Positions 1 to 12,600 of a DNA stretch of 64,000 nucleotides are shown one piece after another (the first letter of the stretch is position 1; every line of letters begins with the position of its first letter). Source of the DNA: Macrostomum lignano (Eukaryota); the NCBI GenBank assembly GCA_002269645.1, contig NIVC01001009.1, forward strand, positions 215,402 through 279,401, written 5' to 3'. Under the pieces are notes generated by a model. The model had not been told where the DNA came from, did no database searches, and saw only the letters and a program-made list of their open reading frames with translations. The position numbers were made by a program, and so were the translations under genes.

Positions 1-492
1 TAGGAGGTCTTCGCCTCTCTGATTAATGCCAGTGCTGCCCCAGTGAGTGTGGTGGGCGTTGATGTCGCCGGCAACCATGAGCTCGTAGTTTTTGGCAGAG
101 CAGAGCTCTACCAGCGTAGCGAGGGCTCTGGGGACGACCGCAGCATCGCCTGGTAGGTAAACCGAGGCAATGAGGGTGGTCTTCCCAGGAAGAAGGTCCT
201 CGGATTGGATGACGCAGATGTCCCTGTTGGACAGGTCCGATCTGAGCCACGCACTGAGCGTTTTGCTCGCAAAGATGCAAGCTCTGGGAGGCTGGTTGGC
301 CTCGCGAGGGTAAGTATAAAAACAATTGTAGCCAGCAGGGGCGTTTTGAGGCTTACCTCTGAGAGTCCAGGGTTCCTGGACGAGGATGAGCCCCGGCTTG
401 TCGAGCTCGGCGTAACGCATAAGGTTGACCGAGGCTGCGACGCAGTGCTGCAGATTAATCTGCAGGCAATGGATTCCCTGGTTGCTGATCAT
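1..492 (-). CDS. LINE ORF2 N-terminus, AP-endonuclease domain (partial; not in the ORF track)
   Basis: Manual translation from ATG 492-490: MISNQGIHCLQINLQH...LILVQEPW...PRACIF...LIASVYLP...LMVAGDINAHHTHWGSTGINQRGEDLL. These are the QxNL, QEPW, SxYLP and GDxNAH motifs of APE-type retrotransposon endonucleases; the frame is open to the window edge. Confidence 0.92.
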   Translation of the reverse strand, partial: MISNQGIHCLQINLQHCVAASVNLMRYAELDKPGLILVQEPWTLRGKPQNAPAGYNCFYTYPREANQPPRACIFASKTLSAWLRSDLSNRDICVIQSEDLLPGKTTLIASVYLPGDAAVVPRALATLVELCSAKNYELMVAGDINAHHTHWGSTGINQRGEDLL

Positions 493-494
493 TA

Positions 495-821
495 TCACGC
501 AGTTGGGGAATCGTTGAGCAGGTCATCCTCCTCCTTTTCAGTGGTGGGTGACCCGCAGACCTCCATGGGAGTTTCAGCGTCCTCAGCAGTTAGGGTGGCT
601 GTGGAGTCCTCCGCGGACGTGAGCCCAGCGTGGACGTTACCGTCGCCTCTCCTGCGTGCTTCGGTGCTGTCACTGCCCGTCCCCTCTGCCTCGTCGGTCA
701 GGTCGATGCGGGTGGCGCCAGCCTCCTGGTGAGTCACAGACTCGAACCAGTCGGTCGGAGCCTCCCCGCTTAGAGTCTGGCCTTCTGGCTGTTGGGGTGA
801 GCGCGAGAAGCGCGGGCCCGC
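495..821 (-). CDS. Acidic C-terminal segment of LINE ORF1 in the -1 frame (ORF1b)
   Basis: Frame open 821->495, overlapping the ORF1 end by ~50 nt; acidic tail (DLTDEAEG...EKEEDDLL); ends TGA TAA with ORF2 ATG overlapping. Confidence 0.55.
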   Translation of the reverse strand, partial: AGPRFSRSPQQPEGQTLSGEAPTDWFESVTHQEAGATRIDLTDEAEGTGSDSTEARRRGDGNVHAGLTSAEDSTATLTAEDAETPMEVCGSPTTEKEEDDLLNDSPTA

Positions 822-1960
822 TCACGATGCGCACGAAGGTTCTTGGCCTGGTCCAGCGCGCGCTGGATCAGGCCGGACCTCCGGGTGCTCCTGGCGGGTC
901 TGCGATTGCGATTTCCGGTTTCAGCAGCGCGAACTGCCTTACCGGGCATAGGATCGGCCGTTTGCCTCGGCTTCTTTGCCGGAGGAGCCTGGGCCCCAGT
1001 TCCGGTTTCGGAAGCTTTGGCATTCTTGGCTTCATCAGCTTTCCGCTCCTCGCAACGGAGGATGGTCAGCTGAGTCAGACCAATATGAATTGTGGACTTA
1101 GGCGGCAAGCGCTTAGCCCAGTCATCAGAGAGCCCTAGGATCACCGTAGCCCCCTTCTCCTTGCGGGAAGTGGCGTGGTGTAGGAGCCCGTTGACCTTAA
1201 GGTCGGGGTGCAGCTTTAGCAATATTTGCCTAAGCTGATCTCCGGACTTAATGGCACTGCCGGCCGGGATCCAGACGCGAAAGCGCTGGGTCTTCTGTCG
1301 TTCGCCCTCGCTGGCGAAGACGAGCTTGCCGAGCTTCTTGGGCCAGTTCAGCTTTGGCAGAAGCTCGCGTAGATTGCGGCTGCTCTCCTCCGAGCTGCAC
1401 CAGATGAAGATGCAGCCGTCGGTCTTGGCAGACTTGACCACGCTCACAGGGCGGCCCGCCAGGAGCTGGTCGATGAGCGCAGCATCGATGGTGCGCCAGG
1501 CACTGTCGAGCTCGTCGGCCGTGAGGTCCTGCTCTTCCCCGAAGACGATGACCGCCGGTTGGAGCTTGACCTTTGAGGCGTAGTTGGTGGCGGCGGTTCC
1601 CGAAGGCCCGGCCGCGCTTGTAGCAGGTATACTGGGTGGCACACCAGCGGGGGTTGTATCCTGGGGGGCAGGGGTTGCTGTGGTTCCTTTCGGCCCAACA
1701 GCAGCCTCGCCCTCCCTAGGTTCCCCTTCCGCCGGTGGCCGGCCCGCAGTACCCCGTAGTCGCCGTCGCCGCTCGTTGCGGCGTTGGTTGCGGGTGCGTC
1801 GGGCTTCAGCGGAGGGCCCGGTTGCGCGTGCGGGCATGTCACCAGCCGAGCCGGCGGCAAGCCCATCTGCCCCCGGTGGGGCGGCGCTGGTGCCAGAGTC
1901 ACCGGCCGGAGTTGCCGGGGCCCCGGCTTCAGCGGGGGTTAAAGAGGCGGATGACGCCAT
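770..1960 (-). CDS. LINE ORF1, Gag-like/nucleic-acid-binding protein (DUF4780-like)
   Basis: Long ORF (open from 2074, first ATG 1960); Ala/Pro-rich N-terminus, basic RRxRxxR patch, TNYASKVK motif, FIWCSSEES...RFRVWIP core; immediately upstream of the APE ORF2. Confidence 0.8.
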   Translation of the reverse strand: MASSASLTPAEAGAPATPAGDSGTSAAPPGADGLAAGSAGDMPARATGPSAEARRTRNQRRNERRRRLRGTAGRPPAEGEPREGEAAVGPKGTTATPAPQDTTPAGVPPSIPATSAAGPSGTAATNYASKVKLQPAVIVFGEEQDLTADELDSAWRTIDAALIDQLLAGRPVSVVKSAKTDGCIFIWCSSEESSRNLRELLPKLNWPKKLGKLVFASEGERQKTQRFRVWIPAGSAIKSGDQLRQILLKLHPDLKVNGLLHHATSRKEKGATVILGLSDDWAKRLPPKSTIHIGLTQLTILRCEERKADEAKNAKASETGTGAQAPPAKKPRQTADPMPGKAVRAAETGNRNRRPARSTRRSGLIQRALDQAKNLRAHRERARASRAHPNSQKARL

Positions 1961-2829
1961 AGCTGAAAGCGGGAAGGAGTGAGCTGAGTCACAAAAGAAA
2001 GAGGAAAGAAGAAAAAGAAAAGGACCGCTAGCGACCGGACAACCCCCGGCCTTCCAGCCCATCGGCACGGTCAAACACCTTAGGCATTAGGGGGTACGTT
2101 AAGCAGTACCACGGCCTGCAGGCTGGCAAGCCAGACCCGCATACCCAAATTCGGCCGAAGCCACTGGATGGGTCGCCAGCGTCGGAGCCCAGTCTGTCCA
2201 GCAGCCCTAGGGTCTGCCTTGAACACACGCGGGGACGAGTACCCTGGGTCGACTTGTGAAACAGCGTGAGGGGGGGGGGTCTGCGGCTGCCAGTGGCAAA
2301 TAGCGGGTGCAGACCTCCCTCTCCAGCCTTGACCTGCTGAATATAGGGGCAGGCGTGAAGCATCGCAGACCGTAGCCCTTAGGCCTGGTCTGTCTCATAC
2401 TTCACTGGCGTGCTGAATACACCTTCGCGTGCGTTCGGCTATGGAACTAGATTATTCCAAAATTCTGATTGCTTCACTATAATAGGAGTTTGCTTTCATT
2501 ATTGCTTATTGCATACCTAGGCGACACTCGACTTTCTGACATTAAATTGTGTTTTTTTACTTGATGGGGCTTCCACAACACTTGATTGCCTTCGGTAAAA
2601 AGCAATACCACAGAATTGCCTTTGTCGGTGCGAAATGAAACATCAATAACTTAGAAGCTATGGAGTAAGAAGCAGTTAACCCTGAATTAAAGCCTTGTGA
2701 TTATTGGCAAACGCCGCAACGGACTCACTTTCACCTAGGCAGGTTAGGCGGTTAACATCACTCCCTTATGATGAAGAACATAGGCTTTGCCCGAGTGAGA
2801 CTGGATGCTGTCAAAGACAAATAGTCTGA

Positions 2830-3588
2830 GGGACAAGAAGAGAGGTCTGAACGAGAAGAGAGGTTTTGGGAAGGAGAAGAGAGGTCTGGGGAAGGAGAAG
2901 AGAGGTCTGGGGGAGGAGAAGAGAGATCTGAACGAGAAGAGAGGTCTGGGGAAGGAGAAGAGAGGTTTGAACGAGAAGAGAGGTCTGTGGAAGAAGAAGA
3001 GAGGTCTGGGGAAGGAGAAGAGAGGTCTGGGGGAGGAGAAGAGAGATTTGAACGAGAAGAGAGGTTTGAACGAGAAGAGAGGTCTGGGGGAGGAGAAGAG
3101 AGGTCTGAACGAGAAGAGAGGTCTGAACGAGAAGAGAGGTCTGGGGAAGGAGAAGAGAGGTCTGAACGAGAAGAGAGGTCTGGGGAAGTTGAAGAGAGGT
3201 CTGAACGAGAAGAGAGGTCTGGGGAAGTTGAAGAGAGGTCTGAACGAGAAGAGAGGTCTGAACGAGAAGAGAGGTCTGGGGAAGTTGAAGAGAGGTCTGA
3301 ACGAGAAGAGAGGTCTGGGGAAGGAGAAGAGAGGTCTGAACGAGAAGAGAGGTCTGGGGAAGTTGAAGAGAGGTCTGAACGAGAAGAGAGGTCTGAACGA
3401 GAAGAGAGGTCTGGGGAAGGAGAAGAGAGGTCTGAACGAGAAGAGAGGTCTGAACGAGAAGAGAGGTCTGGGGAAGGAGAAAAGAGGTCTGAACGAGAAG
3501 AGAGGTCTGAACGAGAAGAGAGGTCTGGGGAAGGAGAAGAGAGGTCTGAACGAGAAGAGAGGTCTGTTGAAGGAGAAGAGAGATCAAT
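2830..3588. repeat. Purine-rich minisatellite, 18/21-bp units (AACGAGAAGAGAGGTCTG / GGGAAGGAGAAGAGAGGTCTG)
   Basis: Direct tandem repeats visible; they generate the spurious ORFs 2805-3659, 2811-3587 and 2987-3592. Confidence 0.95.
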
Positions 3589-5104
3589 TTGAAGTTATCA
3601 TTAGCAAGATTTTAGTTAAGCAAACGCAACTTAAAGCTTCAACTACTAACTCCTTATGATTAAGCCTTAATCTTCAGTTAAATAGACGCAATAATGAAAT
3701 GATTTATTTCATTAATTTGTTTTACTGCGATCAAATAGGCCGAAAATGGTCGGCTGGATTTATCGCGCCGTTTTGATTTTGAAAAATTCATTGACGCTTA
3801 TCGCTGAGCCGGGCTCCCGGGCGAGTGGAGAGGCGCTGACGACGAGCTGGAAAAGGGCAGATTTTTTATCTTTATAAATCGAATTGTCCAATGCAAACAG
3901 AACCATAGGGCCAACAGATTGCTCTCTATCTCCGTCTCGTATCAGTCCTAGGACTTCATTTAACAGGCTTAGTAACTTTGCTTTTTTATAATATTCTTTA
4001 TAAAAAGCGATTTTCTAGTCTAATATATGCCCAGTTAAAAGGCTCAATATGGCAGGTTTAATTGCATAGCAAACAACTTTAAAACTGGAGAGAGGGGGGC
4101 GAATGAAATGCCCATATGCCTCCCCAATTAAATCCGCCTTAGCAAAATGGCATCATCAGTCAGTGATTAAAGCTGCACTGGAAAGAAATTATTTGAATTA
4201 GGAAGGCGCCAAAGCCAAGGATTCAAGTTTATCAGTTCGACCCTGGCATTGCGGCTGGCTACAGAAAGGCAGAGAACGGAAATTGTGAAAAAGCGGCATA
4301 CCATCATCCACTATGAAATCCACCCACTTTATGGAATTTAGGACTTATAATGAAGCTTTGCTGTTATGAAAGGGGATGCTTGAGAGGTGAACAGAACCGT
4401 TTTCAAATGATGAAATGTAAAATTTGCGCACAGCTAGCATGCAACACGGACAAAAGCCGCACTTGGCTGTCACATTATTTTGGCAGGAAAACAGAAGTGT
4501 AAACTCTCCGGCCCCAACAGATCCCCAGTCAGTTCTGCAGGGAGCAGGGAGCAAACCAATTTGTTTAACAACACCAACAAAACTAATAAAACTTCTTTGT
4601 TGGCGGCGCCCGGGTCTCTACAAAGGCCGCGGCGGGGGTTGCAATAAAGAAATTCTCGGAGACCAAGGCTAAGAGGACTGATAAGTGTCATTCATCGAAA
4701 TGAACTCAGGCCGAGATTTTGATTCCCACAATTTTCTTGAAAGTTTTCCGCATTTCACTGGTTAATAGCTCACCCCCAACTGTAATAACACGGATTGCCG
4801 AAATTGCACTTCCATCATTCCAATGTCCTCAAGTACCAACACCTGTTCTTCTGGCAAACCTTGGGACCAAAATATCAAACATAATTTCCTCTTCTATCGC
4901 AGGGTTTTTTGTGTTTTTTGCTTTGCTGGTTTGGTCGTGTTTTCTTTTTTACAAGTTTCTGAATAGACAGGATGTAATAGAGGCAAGCAAATAGATGCAT
5001 TGCCGAAATCAGAAACAAAAATTCAGAGTCTGTCAATGCGATACAGATGGAATGAAAAAGATCCATCGTTTCTTTCAGTGTAACAGGCAAAAAGAGAATC
5101 GGAC

Positions 5105-6150
5105 AAGACTGAGGCAGACTATGAGACAGACTGAGGCAGACTATAGGGCAGACTATGAGACAGACTGAGACAGACTATAGGGCAGACTATGAGACAGACT
5201 GAGACAGACTATAGGGCAGACTATGAGACAGACTGAGACAGACTATGAGACAGACTATGAGACAGACTGAGACAGACTATGAGACAGACTATGAGACAGA
5301 CTGAGACAGACTATGAGACAGACTATGAGACAGACTGAGGCAGACTATAGGGCAGACTATGAGACAGACTGAGACAGACTATGAGACAGACTATGAGACA
5401 GACTGAGACAGACTATGAGACAGACTATGAGACAGACTGAGGCAGACTATAGGGCAGACTATGAGACAGACTATGAGACAGACTGAGGCAGACTACAGGG
5501 CAGACAATGAGACAGACTGAGACAGACTATGAGACAGACTATGAGACAGACTATGAGACAGACTATGAGACAGACTATGAGACAGACTGAGGCAGACTAT
5601 AGGGCAGACTATGAGACAGACTATGAGACAGACTGAGGCAGACTATAGGGCAGACTATGAGACAGACTATGAGACAGACTATGAGACAGACTATGAGACA
5701 GACTGAGGCAGACTACAGGGCAGACAATGAGACAGACTATGAGACAGACTATGAGACAGACTATGAGACAGACTATGAGACAGACTATGAGACAGACTAT
5801 GAGACAGACTATGAGACAGACTATGAGACAGACTATGAGACAGACTGAGGCAGACTATAGGGCAGACTATGAGACAGACTATGAGACAGACTGAGGCAGA
5901 CTACAGGGCAGACAATGAGACAGACTGAGACAGACTATGAGACAGACTATGAGACAGACTATGAGACAGACTATGAGACAGACTGAGGCAGACTATAGGG
6001 CAGACTATGAGACAGACTATGAGACAGACTATGAGACAGACTATGAGACAGACTATGAGACAGACTATGAGACAGACTGAGGCAGACTATAGGGCAGACT
6101 ATGAGACAGACTATGAGACAGACTATGAGACAGACTGAGGCAGACTATGA
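5105..6150. repeat. 10/12-bp minisatellite (GAGACAGACTAT with GAGGCAGACTATAGGGCAGACT variants)
   Basis: Tandem array visible in the sequence. Confidence 0.95.
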
Positions 6151-7418
6151 CTGTCTGGCAGACTAGAAGGCAGACTATGAGATGGACTATTAGGCAGAGA
6201 GCAGGAGATATACTATACTAAGAAGAGCCACATGACAGACACCAAGACGGACATTCAGACAGACACTTACTCCATTATTTCATTCGTCGCATTGTTCATT
6301 AAGATTAACTGCTATACAAATGACCATGTTTAGGACTAGCAGAAAAGCGCAAAACAGAAGTTGAGATATTATGAGAGAAATATTCCTACCGTGATCAACT
6401 AATGATGGACAGCGCTTTGAACCGGAGAAAAATGTCCCACATAGCAACGAAAAATTCGAACAAGTATATATTGATATGAGGAATGATGCCAGCAGTTGTA
6501 TTCATTCGTGGCCAGCAAAATGGGACAAAGGGGTCTCAGCGTAGAGATTTGATTCTCTGGTACAATGCGGGCTATCGCATGTCAATTGTCAACTGTTTTT
6601 GTCGACAGGCATGATGTCACATGTGCCCCTGTTTGCCATTCCATCATCGGTGCAGTCTGCCTCTTCACTGTCGAGCTCAGATTCAAAAATAGCCCTTATC
6701 TATATCTATATAGCTTTGATTAAGTCAATAGCCTTGTAAAATGTATGAGCTAGCAATCGCGCAATGTCAAGTTTTAAAACACATTAAATTATACAAGGCT
6801 TATTGCCAGGGGGTGTCGGAGTTATCAGTCCGAAGCAGCAATGGAGAGCTATCGTGTGTCCACCTAGCAACTACCATTGTCTTATTGTAGTATCACTGAT
6901 TGAGGTCAGTGACCACCAATTCATCTGATATACTTGTGGCTTACAAAATTGACTGTATTACAGCAATTACAAAAGTTGCGCAATCCTAGGTCATGCTTTA
7001 CTGGCATAACAACAAAGACCAAGATTGAGTCTGCGGGAGACTGAGGGCTGTGATTGACTACGGGCGCCATTCTCGATTGGCCAATTGAGAATGAAGTGAC
7101 CCCAGCGACTACATGTCATGGTGAGAACCAAGCAATCCAGCATGCGATTTTGAAAATGATTCTCAACAACTTCAAATTGCCTTCGCGCCCTCGAAATCCA
7201 TTGAATTCAATGCCGAGTTCCATCTCAGTAATCCATTGTTAATTTGATTTATTGACTCACCCATCACAATCGATTTTATTTTTAAATTTATTTGGGCAAT
7301 TCAAAATATTTTTCCCTTTATGATGTTTACAGAGATTTTTCGTTTGAGAGAAAAAAGTCCCTCAAATAGATCCTACGCCTTTCTTAAGGTAGCCCTCTCG
7401 TTAACGCACAAAGCAGCA

Positions 7419-8468
7419 CCCCCTAAACAAGCCAGCGCCCCCTAAACAAGACATCTAGCGGTGCCCTAAACAAGACAGCTAGCGCCCCCTAAACAAGACA
7501 GCTAGCGCCCCCCTAAACAAGACAGCTAGCGCCCCCTAAACAAGACAGCTAGCGCCCCCCTAAACAAGACAGCCAGCGCCCCCTAAACAAGACAGCTAGC
7601 GGCCCCCTAAACAAGACAGCTAGCGCCCCCCTAAACAAGACAGCCAGCGCCCCCTAAACAAGACAGCTAGCGCCCCCTAAACAAGACAGCTAGCGCCCCC
7701 CTAAACAAGACAGCTAGCGGCCCCTAAACAAGACAGCTAGCGGCCCCCTAAACAAGACAGCACCCCCTAAACAAGACAGCACCCCCTAAACAAGACAGCT
7801 AGCGCCCCCCTAAACAAGACAGCTAGCGGCCTCCTAAACAAGACAGCACCCCCTAAACAAGGCAGCACCCCCAAAACAAGACAGCACCCCCTAAACAAGA
7901 CAGCTAGCGGCCCCCTAAACAAGACAGCTAGCGCCCCCCTAAACAAGACAGCTAGCGCCCCCCTAAACAAGACAGCTAGCGGCCTCCTAAACAAGACAGC
8001 TAGCGGCCCCCTAAACAAGACAGCTAGCGGCCCCTAAACAAGACAGCACCCCTAAACAAGACAGCACCCCTAAACAAGACAGCTAGCGGCCCCCTAAACA
8101 AGACAGCTAGCGCCCCCCTAAACAAGACAGCTAGCGGCCCCCTAAACAAGACAGCTAGCGCCCCCCTAAACAAGACAGCACCCCCTAAACAAGACAGCAC
8201 CCCCTAAACAAGACAGCTAGCGGCCCCCTAAACAAGACAGCACCCCCTAAACAAGACAGCACCCCCTAAACAAGACAGCTAGCGGCCCCCTAAACAAGAC
8301 AGCTAGCGCCCCCCTAAACAAGACAGCTAGCGCCCCCCTAAACAAGACAGCTAGCGGCCTCCTAAACAAGACAGCACCCCCTAAACAAGGCAGCACCCCC
8401 TAAACAAGACAGCACCGACGAAACAAGACAGCTAGCGGTTACCTAAACAAGCCAGCGCCCCTAAATAA
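7419..8468. repeat. ~20-25-bp minisatellite (CCCCTAAACAAGACAGCTAGCG)
   Basis: Tandem array visible in the sequence. Confidence 0.95.
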
Positions 8469-9111
8469 GATAGTGGCATAGTGCCTTCTAAAATGCCAAG
8501 CTAAGATAAAATTTTACAACGGGTCGAGCATTGGCCCCACTATTAAATCCACCACTGCTCGAACATAGTCGATAATTACGTTAGCATGATAGCCGCTGTA
8601 CAAATAAATCTCTAAAGTGATTAATACCAATTAAGTCAGTCCGGTTGGAATAAAATCCCAATCAAATTTGAGATCCAAAGCAGATCGGTTCAACTTCATG
8701 GCAAACGTTTGGGCCATTGAAAATAAATTAGCATACAGCTCGGGCCAAATGGGCTGTGAGGAGGGGGTCAGGGGAGGCAACTGGTGGTCTGTGTTTGAGC
8801 AGCCCTGCTCAAATAGCATTGATCCAGCGCGCTCTCTATCTACTTATAATAAACGTCTGTCGTCTCTAAATTTAAATGTCATTTGTTGTTTGCTTAGCGA
8901 GCACCCACTTCTGGCTTAATGGGTCGAATTGCATTTACACCATTGGGCATTGGGCTTGAGTTGAGAACGTTACGGATGGCAGAGCTGGCGATGGTGCGAG
9001 CCTCGTTGGAGCTTGTAGCTGGCGAGACATTGAGATTAAGCGATTTCTGTGTATTCCCTTCTTATCTGCCTGTCCTAGCGTCCATCTGACATTTTGAACA
9101 TGTGTGTGTCT

Positions 9112-9297
<186 letters not shown>

Positions 9298-9690
9298 CTC
9301 CTTTGTATGTTGATTTATAGTTCAATTCTGATCGTGCTGCTTAATTTGTATTTTGTAAGTTTCATTAATCAATTTTTTCGAGCATCTGTAGAATTTATGC
9401 AGTCTCCTAAACGTTTAAGTGGGCTTCTTTGGTTCGATGTATTAAAGCTTCTAGCCTAATAATGCTACTAGGAGTAGACTAAATAAAAAATAGGGTAAAA
9501 TTGGTTAATCAAAATTTATTTTATCCTTCATTTGATCGATATGACTGGTGATGTGTTGTGAAAATATTTATTATTCTGTAGGCTGAATCAAGAGTTTGTA
9601 AACTGTATCAAACCTGAAAATATTATTCTTATAATAAATTAAGCGAAAAACAGCAAAAATAGATATTTAGGCTGAAGTAAGTATTCAGGC

Positions 9691-12600
9691 ACTACTATAT
9701 GAACCCGAACGGCGCGATTTTGGAGGTGAGGTGGGTGTCAACCCTCCTCGCCTCTCATTGGCTGGCGCCCCGATCACCAGGCGATCGATACGCGTATCGA
9801 TATCGGCGACTCGAACCCGCGACCCTCCCCAGCCGCAGGCGCACCCACCGATACCAGATCCCAACAAATCAATCAGATCCCAAATCAATCAGATCCCAAA
9901 TCAATCAGATCCCAAGCGCACCCTCCCGAGCCGCAGGCGCCCATGCAGCAGGCGCCCATGCCGCAGGCACCCCGAGTGTACACTCTCCCGATATGTGTGT
10001 ACACCGATATGTAGTCATCGATACGGGCCTCTTCCCCTCTCTCACCTACATCTCAACTAGCGAAATCGAACCCAGGTCGCGCCCATACTAGGACACTACA
10101 CGGTTGTGGGGTATAGGGAGCGAGAAGTTTCAACCCTAACGCTGACGCAGCCCTGTACAGTGAGAGTGTACGGGCAGAGAGGGGTGGGGCGGACAGAGAA
10201 CCAGCCACTAGGTTGTTATACTGTTGAAGCATAGGGAGCGAGAAGTTTTAACCCCGATGCTGACGCAGCCCTGTACACTGAGCGTGTACGGGCAGAGGGT
10301 GGGTGGAAAGAGATGTGAATAACACAGCCTGCTGCAGGAGCCGGATAGAGAGGCGCATGCTAGGACAGAGAGGTAGTGTGAGTCACACACACCCCACAGA
10401 GAAAGCCATACAGAGGATAGAGAGCTCCCTCCCCAGTTGCAGGGGACAGAGGGCAGGCAGGGTATGCAGGGGCATGCGAACCGTCAAGGGGCCACGCGAG
10501 GATAGAGTGGAGGAGCAGAGATGTGTTTGGACAGAGAGCCAGCCACGTGTGCGTAGTGTGAGGGAACAGAAACATATGGAGCAGGAGGGAGATAGGAAGC
10601 AAACGCGCAGGGTAAGGGAGCCATGCAGCAGGGAGCAGTGTACAGTGAGACACGGGCAGGGGTGGAGCCGTGCGTGGACAGAGCTGAACGGCACGGTCAG
10701 CTGCAGGAATAGGATGATAGAGAGGCGCGGAGGGGGACAGAGAGCAGTGTGCAGGGTAGGCAGCCACGCAGGCTGGGGAACAGAGAGGCGCGTGTCAGCC
10801 AGTTACAGCCCGGGACAGAGAAGTATGAAGGGGGCCTGGGACAGAGAAGTATGAAGGGGGCCTGGGACAGAGTTGCGAGCAAGGCACAGAGAGAGGTAGG
10901 GTCCGGTAGCTATGTATAGGCAGGGACCCACGCGAGGGCAGGACAGGGCATGCAAGGCATGCAAATTACATGCAAGGGCAGTGAGGTGTGCGCGGAGGGA
11001 GACAGAGAGCAGTGTGTAGGGGTAGGTAACAGCAAACTTTAGTAGAGGCGCGTGCGGGGACGGAGAAACCAGTCTGAGCGTACAGAGACGTTACAGAGAG
11101 GTACACAAACAGAGACCAAAGCGGGCAGAGCACGTGTAGGGACAGAGACGTGAGGGAGAATAGACCAAAACACGCTATGTATTTTCAAAAGTTGGTTTTA
11201 GTGCAGCATATTTAATAGCGGGTAGTATAATAGTATGTACATAGTAGGTATAATGGTAGTAATAATAGTAAGTATATTAGCCCAAAAGGTAGGCTAAAAC
11301 AGGCTAAACTGTGTGTACGCATCCTCATCACCCCACAAGCCCCCTCTCCCGCCAGACTCACTCTTCCATACCCTCCTGTATTGCTGTATGAAGGAAAATA
11401 TAGTGTAAAAATACAGATCTTAACCGTCAGACCGCTGAAATCAGGGCACACTAGAGGGGTTTCGGGGTCTGCATGCTCTATGTAAGCTGTTTCAATTATG
11501 TTTTGAAAAAACTAGGGGCTTAAATACAACGTTTTATTCAAAAAGTAGGTTATTTTAATGAAATAGCTGACACAATCATTGTCGAGAGTAGAAATTTTTA
11601 TAAGAAACCAGGCATTTTAGCAAAAATAAACCTTCAAACCACATAAAATTGAATAAAAAGCAGACATTTTCAATTATAAACCGCAAGTATTTTAATAGAA
11701 AAGTAAGCAAACAAGGCACAAAACCAGCAAATTTTACCTTTTTATTTTAATGTTACTGATAAGGTAGAGAGTAGAAACTTGTGAGCTGTACGGAGTTAGA
11801 AAGTATTAACCATTATGTATCGTATGAATTATTAGTTCAGTACCAGCCATTGGTCAAGCGAGCATTTATGAAGTTATTACGAGTGATGAAGGGATAGAGA
11901 GCTATATACAGGAAGACAGTATCCTTCTAAACCACCACGAACAGATTGCTAATAGAGATAAGCTTTGTCTGTGTGCAGTATGAGTAAGCGAAGGCGGGGC
12001 AAATACTTTTCCACATGCCGGACAGAACAGTATTGTGCTAGGATTTCTCTCGAAATCACGGTACGTTACTAGTTTTTATCACACCATCCAGATGCGTCAA
12101 CTAGTCAGCAGTAGTCATTTATATGTTATTAGAACTTACAAACCCAGGTCAAGTAAATATTACAAAGAGTATATTACGTACACACGCCAACTCCGAATAC
12201 CAAGCCATACTAGTCTACTTGCAGTGCTCCTGGAGGGAAGGGACGGCGGGGTGTACATCCGGCAGGGTGGGCGTCCAGCGAGTGTACATCTGACAGGATG
12301 GGTGTTCAGCAAGTGTACATCTGACAGGGTGGGCGTTCAGCAAGTGTACCTTCAGCGTCGAGTAGGTGTACACCCGTCAGTGGGGAACTCCACCCCTCCC
12401 ACCAATGTCGTGTGCATGCGGTTAGTCAGTATAGTGGTGGGGTAGACGGTGCAGGAAGGAAACCCAGATGCTGACGCTGCCCTGTACAGCGAGCAACCAG
12501 CCCCCTGTAGCAGGAGGGGGACAGAGAGTGCGTGGAGGCAGTAGGAGATAGAGGACGCTACCCGGCATGTCGCAGCACGCGGCGCGGGACAGAGGCAGTG

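Larger units (their letters stand above)
1..2400 (-). mobile_element. 5' part of a non-LTR retrotransposon (R1/LOA-like LINE); continues off the left edge; 5' boundary approximate
   Basis: Gag-like ORF1 followed by ORF2 starting with an APE endonuclease domain on the minus strand; GC-rich and essentially undecayed. Confidence 0.9.

Noticed and set aside
205-1982. Plus-strand ORFs 205-732, 656-1138, 1251-1583, 1584-1982
   Set aside because: Antisense shadows of the GC-rich LINE ORFs.
4330-5090. Protein-like frames (e.g. IMFDILVPRFARRTG; MKCKICAQ)
   Set aside because: Short, stop-interrupted, with no consistent domain or splice structure.
6420-6700. Possible piggyBac-like transposase N-terminal relic on the minus strand (IFESELDSEEADC...)
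   Set aside because: Only an acidic patch; no catalytic motifs or matching TTAA-bounded TIR pair found.
9686-9700. CACTA/Chapaev reading of the left end (CACTACT..., 4-bp TSD CAGG)
   Set aside because: It requires a terminal G->T mismatch at the right end (TAGTT, not TAGTG); the 6-bp TSD parse gives perfect termini. A 7-bp TTCAGGC parse gives asymmetric ends.
10116-10300. Hammerhead ribozyme in the duplicated hairpin modules
   Set aside because: The core reads CTGACGC, not CTGANGA, and no correctly placed GAAA is present.
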